From the NCBI GenBank assembly GCA_965228895.1, contig OZ245842.1, forward strand, positions 4,480,001 to 4,544,000: DNA of 64,000 bases, given 5' to 3'. A program made the position numbers and the translations under genes. Each line of letters starts with the position of its first letter. The stretch's first letter is position 1. This document shows, piece by piece, positions 1-10,069 of this stretch. A model generated the notes under the pieces. The model saw only the letters and a list, made by a program, of their open reading frames with translations, was not told the origin of the DNA and did no database searches. Origin of the DNA: Alphaproteobacteria bacterium. GTDB taxonomy: Bacteria > Pseudomonadota > Alphaproteobacteria > SP197.

Positions 1-370
1 TCACCGAGCGCGACAGGATCGAGATGACCCCAAACCGGTCGCCACGCGTCAACGCTGTCGCATAACCGCTCTCGCCGATGCCGAAGACCGGCACCCGGCT
101 CGCCTCGCGCGCCGCATGAATGCCGGGATCGGAAAAACAGGCGATGACAAAGGCCGACGTCCGGTTCTGCTCGCGCTCAACGGTTGTCGTAATCGGCCCG
201 GCGACCTCGGCAATATGTCGATCGGTCTCGATGCCGGGCGGGCCTTCGGCCAGGGTCATGCAGTCGACGACCGGGCCGTCCTCGAACCGCAACCCGTCGA
301 GCGCCGCCGACATGCGCTGGGTGACGTCCTCGCTGCTGTTGGGATTGATGACCAGAATGCGTTCGCTCAT
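1..370 (-). CDS. Asp/Glu/hydantoin racemase family protein (partial, runs off window start)
   Basis: Translated by hand from ATG at 370: MSERILVINPNSSEDVT...GPPGIET...FVIACFSDPGIHAARE...PVFGIGES, typical hydantoin/allantoin racemase motifs. Not in the ORF track because it is truncated. Confidence 0.85.
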   Translation of the reverse strand, partial: MSERILVINPNSSEDVTQRMSAALDGLRFEDGPVVDCMTLAEGPPGIETDRHIAEVAGPITTTVEREQNRTSAFVIACFSDPGIHAAREASRVPVFGIGESGYATALTRGDRFGVISILSRSV

Positions 371-377
371 GGTGACC

Positions 378-1718
378 TCACGACGGCCGGACAAAGCGGC
401 CGGTTCCGGCGGGTGCCGTCATGGCCTCGCCGTCGAAGACCTTGGTGCCGCGCACCCAGACATCGCCAACCCGGAAACCGAGCTCACGGCCATGATAAGG
501 CGTCCAGGGCGCCAACTCACAATGAAGCTTGTTTTCGTCCACCTTATGGCGCTCACGCCGCAGAATGGCGAAGTCGGCGTCAGCGCCGATCCTTATCGTA
601 CCCTTTTGCGGATAAAGACCGAAGTGGCGCGCCGGCGCTTCGCACAGCATGTCGGCGACCACACTCACATCGTGGCCGCGCCTGATCATCGCCTCATCGG
701 CCATGACCGGAAACAGACACTCGATACCGGGCGCGCCGGGCGCAGCCTGGAAGATGTCGTCATCCGGCTTGCGCGCAAGCGGCCACGAGCAGTGGTCCGA
801 CGAGACGAAGGCGACCTCACCGTCCAGGATCTTCTGCCAGATCAAGTCTTTCTGGTCAGGCCGGATCGGCGGGTTCACCTTGCCGCGCGCGCCCATCTCG
901 ATCACGTCGGCCTCGTCGAAAATCAGATAGTGCAGACAGGTTTCGGCCGTCGCGCGGTAACCCTGGTCGCGGTAGCTGCGCGCCATGTCGAAGCCGCGCG
1001 CCAGCGACGAGTGCACGATATGCGCACGCGCACCGGTCGCCGCGCCGATTTCCAGGATGATGCTGTTGGCCAGCAGTTCCGACAGCGGCGGCCGCGACGG
1101 ATGGTGTTCGTTCGCGCCCTGCTTACCGGCTTCCTTGAACCGCGCAATCGCATCGTCGACGATTTCCTGATCTTCGTTGTGCACGGCAACGGTCAGGCCG
1201 GTCTCGGCGATGGCGGCGAAGGCGCGCTCCATCTGGTGATGGGGAATGCGCGGGAAACGTTCGCTGGCGTGATAGGTCGACATCTTGAAGGCGCAGGCGC
1301 CGGCGTCTGTCTGGCGTGCAATCTCGTCGGTGTCGACATCCGGCTTTACGCCGCCATAAATCGCGACGTCGCAATAGGCGACCTTGTCTGCCGTCACCGC
1401 CTTTTCTGCCAACAGCGCGCCCGTCGTCACGGGGTCGGGCGAATCGAACGGCATGTCGACGATGGTCGTGACACCACCCGCCGCCGCGCTGCGCGTGAGA
1501 TCTTCCAATCCACCGAAACCGGCGATCGACCCGGCATGGGTTTGACCGTCTACAATGCCGGGAAAGACCAGACCGTCGGCGGTGACGTGTTCGGCGGCGT
1601 CCGGCACTTCGCCTTCGCCGATCGCGGCGACCTTGCCGTCGGTCACGGCCACCCAGCCGTTTTCCTTGACGCCATCGGGCAGCACGAGATCGCCCGCGAT
1701 GACCAAGTCGAACCTCAT
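378..1718 (-). CDS. Cyclic amidohydrolase (allantoinase/dihydroorotase/hydantoinase family)
   Basis: SAAAGGVTTIVDMP, VHNED, HIVHSS, ETCLHYL, KVNPPIR, SSDHCSW motifs; GGAGGAG RBS before ATG 1718. Confidence 0.85.
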   Translation of the reverse strand: MRFDLVIAGDLVLPDGVKENGWVAVTDGKVAAIGEGEVPDAAEHVTADGLVFPGIVDGQTHAGSIAGFGGLEDLTRSAAAGGVTTIVDMPFDSPDPVTTGALLAEKAVTADKVAYCDVAIYGGVKPDVDTDEIARQTDAGACAFKMSTYHASERFPRIPHHQMERAFAAIAETGLTVAVHNEDQEIVDDAIARFKEAGKQGANEHHPSRPPLSELLANSIILEIGAATGARAHIVHSSLARGFDMARSYRDQGYRATAETCLHYLIFDEADVIEMGARGKVNPPIRPDQKDLIWQKILDGEVAFVSSDHCSWPLARKPDDDIFQAAPGAPGIECLFPVMADEAMIRRGHDVSVVADMLCEAPARHFGLYPQKGTIRIGADADFAILRRERHKVDENKLHCELAPWTPYHGRELGFRVGDVWVRGTKVFDGEAMTAPAGTGRFVRPS

Positions 1719-1787
1719 GGGTCTCTCCTCCAATCGAACATCAGCCTAACAGGTCTTCGCCCGCTTCGGCATCAACGGCACGTCACA

Positions 1788-3293
1788 CTAGGACGGCGGC
1801 ACCATGCGTTGAACATGATAGGGCCGGCTTGAGAAACAAATGCAGTGATCGGCAACCAGCGGCTCAAGTGCGCGCACCAGCTCCCTGCGTTCCGCCGTCA
1901 CCGCGTTCAGCCGTTCCATGGCGCGCTCGACATCACGCTTCAGTTTCTCTTCATCGATCGTCGTGAAACGCCGATCCCGATAGACGAACCTGCCGCCCAC
2001 CATGACCGACTCGACGGCGCCGCCGTCATCGGCATAGACGATCTGATTGACCGGATCGTTCAGCGGCACATAGGTGATGTCGGCGAGGTCCAGGAACACG
2101 ATATCGGCGGCAAAACCTGTTTCCAGCCGTCCGGTAAAGTCCTCCATGCCGATGGTCCGCGCGCTGCCGGCGGTTGCCATGGTCAGCGCTTCGGCCGATG
2201 ACACCCACTCTCTGAGATCGTGGGTCATCGCGCGCGACACATAAGCGGCCAAACGCGTCGCCTCGAACATGTTCTGGTTATCCGATGAATTCGAACCATC
2301 GGTGCCAATGCCGACATTGACGCCGGCGTCGATCATCTCGCGCACCGCGGCGATGCCCGAACCCAGCCGCAGGTTACTGCCGGGATTGTGGGCGACAGAC
2401 GCGCTGCGGTCGGCCATGCGTTTCATGTCGTCGCCATCGAGCCAGACACCGTGGCCGGCGGTGAACCGTTCGGTCACAAGGCCGAGGTCATCGAAATGGG
2501 CAAGCAGCGTCTTGCCATAGTGTTCGTGACCGGCGAGCGCCTGGAGTTTCGACTCCGCCATGTGCGTATGCACGGGACAGGCGAACTCGTCGGCGAGATT
2601 CTTGCAGGCGACAAGAAAGTCGTCGGTGCAGTGCATGGGAATGGTCGGCGCGATACCGAAGCGCAGGCGGTCGGTGTCGAACGGCCACGATTTCAGCAGA
2701 TCGCGACAGGCATCGATGGCCGACTGGAATGGATCGAGCGCGAGTTTGTCGACGTCCTTGCGTAGGCCGGGCGGCAAGCTGTCGCGCAAGCCGGGAACGA
2801 TATCGTAGAACGACAGGTCGGCCATCATCGGCGTGATCAAGGCGCGCATGCCGATGTCGTCATAGGCGCGCGCCACCGCGTGCATGCCGTCGACCGTCGG
2901 CCGGGGCTGCTCCCAGGTCAGATCGTAGACGCCGGTCGCGCCGCGCCGGATCATGTCGGCGGCGTTCAGCAGCGTCGCCAGATAGCGGTCCTCATCGTTG
3001 CGCCCGCCGCTGATCCACGGCCCCGCGTTCAACAGCAGCTCCAGGGACCACTGGTCGCCGCGCCCTTTGCCGAACGCGCCGTGTCCATGGGTGTGCGCGT
3101 TGATCATGCCGGGCATCATCAACGTGCCGTCGACGCGATACTCTTCGGCGTCGTCGGGCACGGCCATGCCGGGATCACCGATGGCGGCAATACGCCCGTC
3201 GGTGCCGATCAAGAGATCGCGCAACGGCGCGGCGTGACCGTCGATATCTAAAAGTCGGCCGCCGCGCAGGACGAGAGGTCGTTCGAGACTCAT
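1788..3293 (-). CDS. Metal-dependent amidohydrolase (AtzA/MtaD/deaminase-like)
   Basis: PGMINAHTH, HTHMAES, HGVWL, HNPGSNLRLGSG, GTDGSNS motifs. Confidence 0.85.
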   Translation of the reverse strand: MSLERPLVLRGGRLLDIDGHAAPLRDLLIGTDGRIAAIGDPGMAVPDDAEEYRVDGTLMMPGMINAHTHGHGAFGKGRGDQWSLELLLNAGPWISGGRNDEDRYLATLLNAADMIRRGATGVYDLTWEQPRPTVDGMHAVARAYDDIGMRALITPMMADLSFYDIVPGLRDSLPPGLRKDVDKLALDPFQSAIDACRDLLKSWPFDTDRLRFGIAPTIPMHCTDDFLVACKNLADEFACPVHTHMAESKLQALAGHEHYGKTLLAHFDDLGLVTERFTAGHGVWLDGDDMKRMADRSASVAHNPGSNLRLGSGIAAVREMIDAGVNVGIGTDGSNSSDNQNMFEATRLAAYVSRAMTHDLREWVSSAEALTMATAGSARTIGMEDFTGRLETGFAADIVFLDLADITYVPLNDPVNQIVYADDGGAVESVMVGGRFVYRDRRFTTIDEEKLKRDVERAMERLNAVTAERRELVRALEPLVADHCICFSSRPYHVQRMVPPS

Positions 3294-3297
3294 GTCT

Positions 3298-4233
3298 TCA
3301 TCCCGCCTGGATCACCTGGTTCAGATAGTCTTCCCAGGTGTCGTTGGGTTCCCAGCCCAGCGCCTCGCGCGTTGATGCGATGTCATAAGCACTGGCGCGC
3401 GGGTCGTTGGCATAGATCGCGGGATGTTTGAGATCAGGCACCACGCCGCAGCCGCGCTCCACCGCCTCGACCGTCGGCAGACCGGTACAGGTATCGCTGG
3501 ACGTGACGAAGTAGACGCCATAACACAGACCCGGCGCGGCGAGCGCGGCGCGAAACGCGCGCGCGACATCACTGGGCGAGACGAACGCGCGGGTCGGCGA
3601 CAATCCTTCGCGCAGTTCCCGCCAAGCCGCACCCGATGCCGGCGGCGGCGGTTCAAGATTGTCGGTTTCGGCTGCGATTTCGGCCATGCTGTAGACGATA
3701 TCGGCTTGCGCCACGAGACAGGGGCGCAGGCAGACCACCTCCAGCTTGCCGCGCTTGACGATCCCCTGCGCCAGCAGTTCGATCGTGCGTTTACTGAGGC
3801 CATAGGCGCCGGTCGGCACCGCCGGATGTGCGATGTCGACCGGCAGATAGGCCGGCGGGTTGTCCGACGACAAGCCGACGGCGGCAGTACTGGAGCAGAT
3901 CACCGCGCGCTCCAGGCCCAGTTCTTCGGCGGCCTGCAGCACGTTCCAGGTGCCCTGAATGTTGACCTTGATGTAGTCCTCTTCGTTGTCGGCAACACCG
4001 TCGTCCAGCGCGGCCAGATGGACCACCGCCTGCTGGCCTTTAAGCGCCTCGGTAACGGCGCCAATGTCGAGCACATCGACGTTCGCATATGCTAAGCCTT
4101 CGTCGGCGGGCGGCGCGATATCCATCACCAGGACTTCGGCGTCGCGCGCGAGCTCCCGGACGACAAAACGGCCCAGCAGCCCGCTGCCACCGGTGACGCA
4201 AACCCGGTCGAACGGCAGTGTTGGATTAGACAA
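3298..4233 (-). CDS. NAD-dependent epimerase/dehydratase (extended SDR)
   Basis: VTGGSGLLG Rossmann motif, VHLAA, YGLSK (YxxxK). TTG start at 4233 overlaps the upstream stop and follows GAGGAG. Confidence 0.8.
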   Translation of the reverse strand: MSNPTLPFDRVCVTGGSGLLGRFVVRELARDAEVLVMDIAPPADEGLAYANVDVLDIGAVTEALKGQQAVVHLAALDDGVADNEEDYIKVNIQGTWNVLQAAEELGLERAVICSSTAAVGLSSDNPPAYLPVDIAHPAVPTGAYGLSKRTIELLAQGIVKRGKLEVVCLRPCLVAQADIVYSMAEIAAETDNLEPPPPASGAAWRELREGLSPTRAFVSPSDVARAFRAALAAPGLCYGVYFVTSSDTCTGLPTVEAVERGCGVVPDLKHPAIYANDPRASAYDIASTREALGWEPNDTWEDYLNQVIQAG

Positions 4234-5407
4234 GCTCCAGCTCCTCGGCGACACGACGGCGAAAGCGCGCCTGCGAGACCTCCCAGCGTGGCGCCGGCGC
4301 GGGCAAGCCGCGCGCGGCCGGCGAATGCATGGCGGCCTGCAGATCGGCCAACACGTCAAAATCCTGCCGGTTGATCGTATCCCATGCCTGGTGGGACATG
4401 CGCCGCCCTTCCTCCAGATCCGGGTTATCAGCATCATCGCCCAGATAATAGAAACTCAACAGCTCGCGCGTGCGTGTCGGCGACACCGGTTCGACCCGAA
4501 AGAACATGACATGCTCCGGCATGAACTCCAGCAGCGTGTTGGGGAACAGCATCGAGATGTCCTGGCTCAAAAGCTGGTCGCCCTCGAAACCTGGAAACGT
4601 ATGGAAGCCGGTATCGCCCTTGTTCTTGTCGGCGGCACCGGAGAGATAGTGGATTCCGATCACCCGGCCTTGTTCATCGATGTCCTCAAAATTCTGCGCC
4701 GCCTCGAGCGGGCCGAGCTGGGTATGGATGAACGGCAGATGATAGGTGTCCAGGTAGTTTTCGATGATCAGTTTCCAGTTGACCTCGAGGTCATAGGAAA
4801 GTGCGCCGCCAAAACGCAGAAGCGAAAGATCGGCGTGCGCCCAACGCCGGGCCAACGGCGCGATGTGCTGCTCGAAGTCAGGACCGTCGTCATCGAGGCA
4901 CAGGAAGATCTGGTCGCACCACACCGCCGAGCGTACCGGTCTCAGGCCGAACGAACCCTTGTCGAAACTTTCCGGTCCGGTCCCGTCCTTGGGGTCCCAA
5001 TAGGGAGTCGAGCGAAGCTCGCCGTCCAGACTGTAGGCCCAGCCGTGATAGGGGCATGTCATCACCGCCTTGGTGTTGCAGGCTTCGCGCACCAGCCGTG
5101 CGCCGCGATGCCGGCAGATATTGTGAAACGCCGCGATATCGCCCGATCGCTGACGCACCAGGATCAGGGGCAGACCGGCCAGGGTGACCGGATGGCAATC
5201 GCCGGCCGCGGGCAACTGATGGCCGCTCGCCACGTGAATCCAGGACTTCGAGAACAGCTTTTCGTCCTCCAAGGCAGCGAAGTCGTCACCGCAATAGGCG
5301 TCGAGCGGCAGTTCGACCGGCCGAAAATTGAGTGTCGTCACCTCAGCGTCCTCTAGCAGCGGCAAGGAATGTGCCGCGTGGTTCGTTAAGCCCAGCTTTT
5401 GTGTCAA
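4226..5407 (-). CDS. Rieske non-heme iron oxygenase alpha subunit (choline monooxygenase-like)
   Basis: CRHRG...CPYHGW Rieske motif; ENYLDTYHLPFIH mononuclear Fe site. Confidence 0.9.
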   Translation of the reverse strand: MTQKLGLTNHAAHSLPLLEDAEVTTLNFRPVELPLDAYCGDDFAALEDEKLFSKSWIHVASGHQLPAAGDCHPVTLAGLPLILVRQRSGDIAAFHNICRHRGARLVREACNTKAVMTCPYHGWAYSLDGELRSTPYWDPKDGTGPESFDKGSFGLRPVRSAVWCDQIFLCLDDDGPDFEQHIAPLARRWAHADLSLLRFGGALSYDLEVNWKLIIENYLDTYHLPFIHTQLGPLEAAQNFEDIDEQGRVIGIHYLSGAADKNKGDTGFHTFPGFEGDQLLSQDISMLFPNTLLEFMPEHVMFFRVEPVSPTRTRELLSFYYLGDDADNPDLEEGRRMSHQAWDTINRQDFDVLADLQAAMHSPAARGLPAPAPRWEVSQARFRRRVAEELELV

Positions 5408-5474
5408 ACTGTGTCATTCGTCGAATTCAGCAGCATGTCTCCGGCTCGGACGGTCATCAACTAAGAACTTCCAC

Positions 5475-6431
5475 ATGGATCATGTAGAAAAACTGAATAA
5501 ATACGAAGGTCGGCGGATGCCGTCGCTGAACGCGCTGCGCGCGTTCGAGGCGGCCGCCCGCCATCTCAGCGTCGCCCGGGCTGCCGACGAGCTGCGCGTC
5601 ACGCCGCCGGCCATCAGCGGCCAGATCAGGAGCCTGGAAGCCTATCTGGGTATCCCGCTCTTCGTCCGCGCCAACCGGCGCCTGGCGTTGACCGAAGCCG
5701 GCCGCGCCGCCCTGCCCCGGCTGAGCGACGGTTTCGACGCCTTGGCCGAGGCCGTCCGCCTGGCGCGCGCCCATGGCCGCGATCGACCCGGCGAGGATCG
5801 CCAGCGCCTGACCGTCACCATCCCGCCATCGCTCGCCACCCGATGGCTGGTGCCGCGTCTGGAGTCGTTTGCCGGTGCGTATCCCGAGATCGATGTGCGG
5901 CTGGATGCCACCATGGCCCTGCTCGACCCCGACGATGTCGAGGTCGATGTTGCCATCCGCTACGGCCCGGGCGGCTACACGGGATTGGCGTGCGAACGCC
6001 TGTTGGAGGAATGGACGGTCGCGGTGTGCAGCCCATCGGTCGCAACCCGCCTTACGTCACCCGACGACCTCAACGATGTGACGCTGCTGCACGTACACGA
6101 CACCGTCCATGGACGGGACGGCGCACCGGACTGGCGGCGCGGGCTGGAGATCCTTGGCGTGAACGACCGCGACCCGGACCGTGGGCCGACATTCAGCCTG
6201 CAGGGCCTCGCCGCCCAGGCTGCCATCGAAGGACAGGGTATTGCCCTGTTGGGTCATGCGGTCGTCGATCTTGATTTGCGCGCCGGTCGCCTGGTGGAGC
6301 CGTTTGCCACGCGCTTTCCGGTCGACCACGCGATCTGGTTCCTGTGCCGGCCGGAACGGCGCGACCAAAGCCCGGTCGCCGAGTTCCGGCAATGGTTGTT
6401 CGACGCGGTCGCGCGGGATAATCCGGCCTAG
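5475..6431 (+). CDS. LysR-family regulator, GcvA-like
   Basis: PSLNALRAFEAAARHLSVARAADELRVTPPAISGQIRSLE HTH; DVAIRYG; divergent from the Rieske operon. Start could be 5517. Confidence 0.9.
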   Translation: MDHVEKLNKYEGRRMPSLNALRAFEAAARHLSVARAADELRVTPPAISGQIRSLEAYLGIPLFVRANRRLALTEAGRAALPRLSDGFDALAEAVRLARAHGRDRPGEDRQRLTVTIPPSLATRWLVPRLESFAGAYPEIDVRLDATMALLDPDDVEVDVAIRYGPGGYTGLACERLLEEWTVAVCSPSVATRLTSPDDLNDVTLLHVHDTVHGRDGAPDWRRGLEILGVNDRDPDRGPTFSLQGLAAQAAIEGQGIALLGHAVVDLDLRAGRLVEPFATRFPVDHAIWFLCRPERRDQSPVAEFRQWLFDAVARDNPA

Positions 6432-8518
6432 CCTGCCTTACGCGGCACAACGACCGCGTCGACCGCCATGGTTTTCTCCGGCCCAGCGATCAACGGATTG
6501 ACGTCGAGTTCGGCGATCAAGTCGCCATAGGCCATCGCCAGGCGCGACAGCGCGGTCAGGCTGTGGCTCAGCCAGTCCAGTTCTACCGGCGGCGCGCCGC
6601 GGACACCGGCCAGCAGGCGGCTCACCTTCAGCCGGGCGAGCGCGCGTTTGGCATCGGCCATGTCGAAGGGCGGCAGCAGGAAGACGCGGTCTTCCATCAC
6701 CTCGATCAGCACGCCGCCGGCGGCGACCATGACCAGCGGCCCGAACTGCGTGTCGTTCACAATGCCAGCAGCAAGCTCGACGCCCTGAGGCGCCATTTCG
6801 GCGATCAGCACGCGCTCGCCAAGCCGGCCCGCTAGGTCGTCATAGGTCCGGCCGACCGCCTCGTCGCCTTCGACGTTCAGCCGGATGCCGTCGACCTCGG
6901 TCTTGTGCAGGATGCCCGGCGCCGCCGTCTTCATCGCCAGCGCGCCGCCGATGTCTTGGGCAAAACGAAGGGCTTCGTCGCGGTTGTAGGCAATCCGGCG
7001 TTGGGGCGCGCCCATGCCGAACGTCGCGACCAACGCCAGCGCTTCGTCCTCGTCAAACGGCTCGCCGGTTTTCAGGCGCTTGCGCCAATGTTGGATGCGG
7101 TCCTTGCCAACCGTGTAGTGGTCGACCTGGGGTTCGGCTTGAAGCCTATCGCGGTAGTCCATCGCATGGCGCACGGCCTTCAAAAACGTGTGCGAACCGT
7201 CAAAGATCGGGATGCCGGCGTCAGCCGCGGCGTCGAGGATCGCTTTGGGCGGTGTCCGGCTCCAATGCTGGCAGATGCCGACCGGCTTTGTCGTGTTGTC
7301 GTGCACGCTTTTGCAGATATCGACCATTTCGCCGGTCAACGTGTCGGTCATGCCAAGGTCGGAGAACATCATGGCGATCGCCGTATCCGGGTCGTCGATC
7401 AGCGCCTGAAGACAACCGCCAAAGACCTTGTCCCAGTCCTTGCCCGTGCCCCAGCAGTCGGTCGGATTGACCGGATCCAGGCCGTACTCGAGCAAGCCTG
7501 CGAGCTTGTCGGTCGTTGTCTCGTTGACATCGGAAAACGGCACGCCTTCCCGGTCAGCGAGATCGATCAGCATGCCCCGCGCACCGCCGGAATCCATCGT
7601 GCCGGCCAAGCCGCCAGCCGCCAACGAACGGTCGAGGGAGAGCAGCTGGGCGGTCGCCGCCAACTCGTCGAAACTCTCGACCCGCAGGACTCCATAGTGA
7701 TCGAACACTGCTTCATAGGCGGCGTCGTTGCCGGCCATCGCGCCCGAGTGGCTCTGCGCCAGGATGGCGCTCTTTTCCGTCCGCCCGACCTTGAGCGTGA
7801 CGACGGGAATGCCGCGATCCCGCGCCTTGCCGAGCGCCGCGCAAAAGCCTTCGGGGTCTCTGACAGTCTCCAGAAACAGCATGATGACGCGGGTCGACTC
7901 AAGCTCGAGCGCGTAGTCGATGTAGTCGGCGGCCGTCACCGTCATTTCCTGGCCGGCCGAGACCACGAGGTTGTAGCGCTTGCGCGGGTCGACGAACTGG
8001 AGAGTCAGGAAGGCAACGCCGGAATGGGTGATGAACGTCGCCGAGCCGGGATCCGGCCACTCGTTCATCATCGTCCAGGTCGCGCGCATGCCCGATGTCC
8101 GGTTCACAACACCCATGCAGTTGGCGCCGCAGATCTTCAGGTCCGCCTCGCGTGCCATATCGGTCACCCGCTGCTTCAGCTTCGGTTCGCCCGTATCGCC
8201 TTCCAGGTAACAACTGGCGAAGATCGTCGCTGCTCCAACACCGGCCTTGATCGCCTCACCGATTTGCTCCTCAAGGCGATCGTTGGCGATCGAGATGACC
8301 GCGTGATCGACCGGTTCGGGAACCTCCGACAGGCGCGGGAAACAGGCGTGACCGTCGATCTCGTCGTGATTGGGATTGACCGCGTAGACGGTGCCGGTGA
8401 ACTCAGGATTGGCGGCGTTGCGCAGGGTCCAAAGACCGAACGAGTCTTCGCGCGTGGAAGCGCCGACGACCGCCATCGTCTTGGGTTCAAGCAGAGGAGA
8501 CAGGGGGTGTTTGCTCAT
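6428..8518 (-). CDS. Acyl-CoA synthetase, ADP-forming (acetate--CoA ligase family, fused CoA-binding and ATP-grasp domains)
   Basis: [20 protein letters not shown] phospho-His, NPTD, HKTEVDG, ELDVNPL motifs. Confidence 0.85.
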   Translation of the reverse strand: MSKHPLSPLLEPKTMAVVGASTREDSFGLWTLRNAANPEFTGTVYAVNPNHDEIDGHACFPRLSEVPEPVDHAVISIANDRLEEQIGEAIKAGVGAATIFASCYLEGDTGEPKLKQRVTDMAREADLKICGANCMGVVNRTSGMRATWTMMNEWPDPGSATFITHSGVAFLTLQFVDPRKRYNLVVSAGQEMTVTAADYIDYALELESTRVIMLFLETVRDPEGFCAALGKARDRGIPVVTLKVGRTEKSAILAQSHSGAMAGNDAAYEAVFDHYGVLRVESFDELAATAQLLSLDRSLAAGGLAGTMDSGGARGMLIDLADREGVPFSDVNETTTDKLAGLLEYGLDPVNPTDCWGTGKDWDKVFGGCLQALIDDPDTAIAMMFSDLGMTDTLTGEMVDICKSVHDNTTKPVGICQHWSRTPPKAILDAAADAGIPIFDGSHTFLKAVRHAMDYRDRLQAEPQVDHYTVGKDRIQHWRKRLKTGEPFDEDEALALVATFGMGAPQRRIAYNRDEALRFAQDIGGALAMKTAAPGILHKTEVDGIRLNVEGDEAVGRTYDDLAGRLGERVLIAEMAPQGVELAAGIVNDTQFGPLVMVAAGGVLIEVMEDRVFLLPPFDMADAKRALARLKVSRLLAGVRGAPPVELDWLSHSLTALSRLAMAYGDLIAELDVNPLIAGPEKTMAVDAVVVPRKAG

Positions 8519-8674
8519 GACGGCGGCGAGACTAGCACCGGAAACTCGGCCCGCCACCCCGATCTTCGCCCGCCGATGCCGTCATCACTTCCCGATGATC
8601 ATGCATGCGCGGTCTTTCGGCGTGAACACGGTCGGGCTAGACTGATTTCAGCGACACCGTGTGTGGAGCGCGCA

Positions 8675-10069
8675 TTGAGCTTTAAGTCCCAGATTCCTTC
8701 TGTCGATCGGCTGCTCGGTCTGCCTGACCTGCAAGCGCTGACAGCAAGTCACGGCCAGACGCTTGCGACCGACGCGGTACGCCGGGTGCTGGCCGACCTG
8801 CGGGCCCTACCCGATGACGCGACGCCTGATCTGGACGACGCGGCCTTGGTCGGTCGGATCATGGATGTGGCGCACCAACGCATGGCGCTCTCCTTGCGCC
8901 CGGTCTTCAACCTGACGGGGACTGTGCTGCATACCAATCTCGGCCGCGCATCCTTGCCAGAAAGCGCGATCGAGGCGATGGCGTCGGTTGCGCGCGGTGC
9001 CAGCAACCTGGAGTTCGACGTCGCCGCCGGCAAACGCGGCGACCGGGACGAACATATCGAGGAACGGTTGTGCCGTCTGACCGGCGCCGAGGCGGCGACG
9101 GTCGTGAACAACAATGCGGCGGCCGTCCTGCTTGCGCTCAACGCGTTGGCCGCGCGCAAGGAGGTGCCGGTCTCTCGCGGCGAACTGATCGAGATCGGCG
9201 GCGCCTTTCGCCTGCCCGACATCATGCGCCGCGCCGGTACACGCCTGGTCGAGGTCGGGACGACCAACCGGACCCACGCCCGCGACTATGAGGCGGCGAT
9301 CGGCGAACGCACCGCGCTCTTGATGAAGGTCCACACCAGCAACTACGCGGTCGAGGGTTTCACCGCGGCGGTCGCGGAGTCCGAACTCGCGGCCCTGGCC
9401 CATCAGCATGACTTGCCGCTAATGACCGATCTGGGCAGCGGTACCCTGGTCGACCTGACGGCCTATGGCTTGCCCGCCGAACCGACCGTCAGCGGCATGA
9501 TCCGGGCCGGCGCCGACCTCGTAACCTTTTCCGGCGACAAGCTGCTCGGCGGACCGCAGGCCGGCCTCATCGTTGGCCGGACCGACCTGATCGCGCGGCT
9601 GAAGAAGAACCCCATGAAGCGGGCGCTGCGTTGCGACAAGGTCACGTTGGCAGCGCTGGAAGCGGTCCTCGTCCTCTACGAAGACCCCGACAGTCTGCCT
9701 GATCGTCTACCGGCGCTGCGGTTGCTGACACGTCCGGAAACAGCGATCCGAGCACAGGCCGAGGCCTTGCTGCCGGCAATAGAAAAAACCCTCGACGCTC
9801 ACGCCGAGGTCGATGTCGTCGCGGTCAAGAGCCAGATCGGCAGCGGCGCGCTGCCGGTCGATCTGCTGCCCAGTGCCGCCCTGCGCCTGCGCAGCAACGC
9901 GCCAAAGAAACGCCAGGGCCGCGCTCTCAAGGAACTCGCTGCGGCCTTCCGCGACCTGCCGTGTCCGGTGATCGGTCGGGTCAGTGACAACGCTCTGATC
10001 TTCGACCTGCGCTGCCTGGACGACGCGGCCGCTTTCGCCGCGCAACTCGACCGGCTGGCCCTGCCGTGA
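8675..10069 (+). CDS. selA: L-seryl-tRNA(Sec) selenium transferase
   Basis: [64 protein letters not shown] (PLP lysine). TTG start after GGAG is inferred. Confidence 0.97.
   Translation: MSFKSQIPSVDRLLGLPDLQALTASHGQTLATDAVRRVLADLRALPDDATPDLDDAALVGRIMDVAHQRMALSLRPVFNLTGTVLHTNLGRASLPESAIEAMASVARGASNLEFDVAAGKRGDRDEHIEERLCRLTGAEAATVVNNNAAAVLLALNALAARKEVPVSRGELIEIGGAFRLPDIMRRAGTRLVEVGTTNRTHARDYEAAIGERTALLMKVHTSNYAVEGFTAAVAESELAALAHQHDLPLMTDLGSGTLVDLTAYGLPAEPTVSGMIRAGADLVTFSGDKLLGGPQAGLIVGRTDLIARLKKNPMKRALRCDKVTLAALEAVLVLYEDPDSLPDRLPALRLLTRPETAIRAQAEALLPAIEKTLDAHAEVDVVAVKSQIGSGALPVDLLPSAALRLRSNAPKKRQGRALKELAAAFRDLPCPVIGRVSDNALIFDLRCLDDAAAFAAQLDRLALP

Noticed and set aside
120-5356. Long plus-strand ORFs (120..1832, 3986..5356) and similar antisense ORFs throughout the window
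   Set aside because: They are shadow frames of well-supported opposite-strand genes in high-GC DNA and have no recognisable motifs.
6905-10069. 1054-aa ORF suggesting a giant SelA fusion
   Set aside because: The first ~590 codons are mostly the antisense shadow of the acyl-CoA synthetase. SelA-like sequence begins near 8675, after a GGAG.
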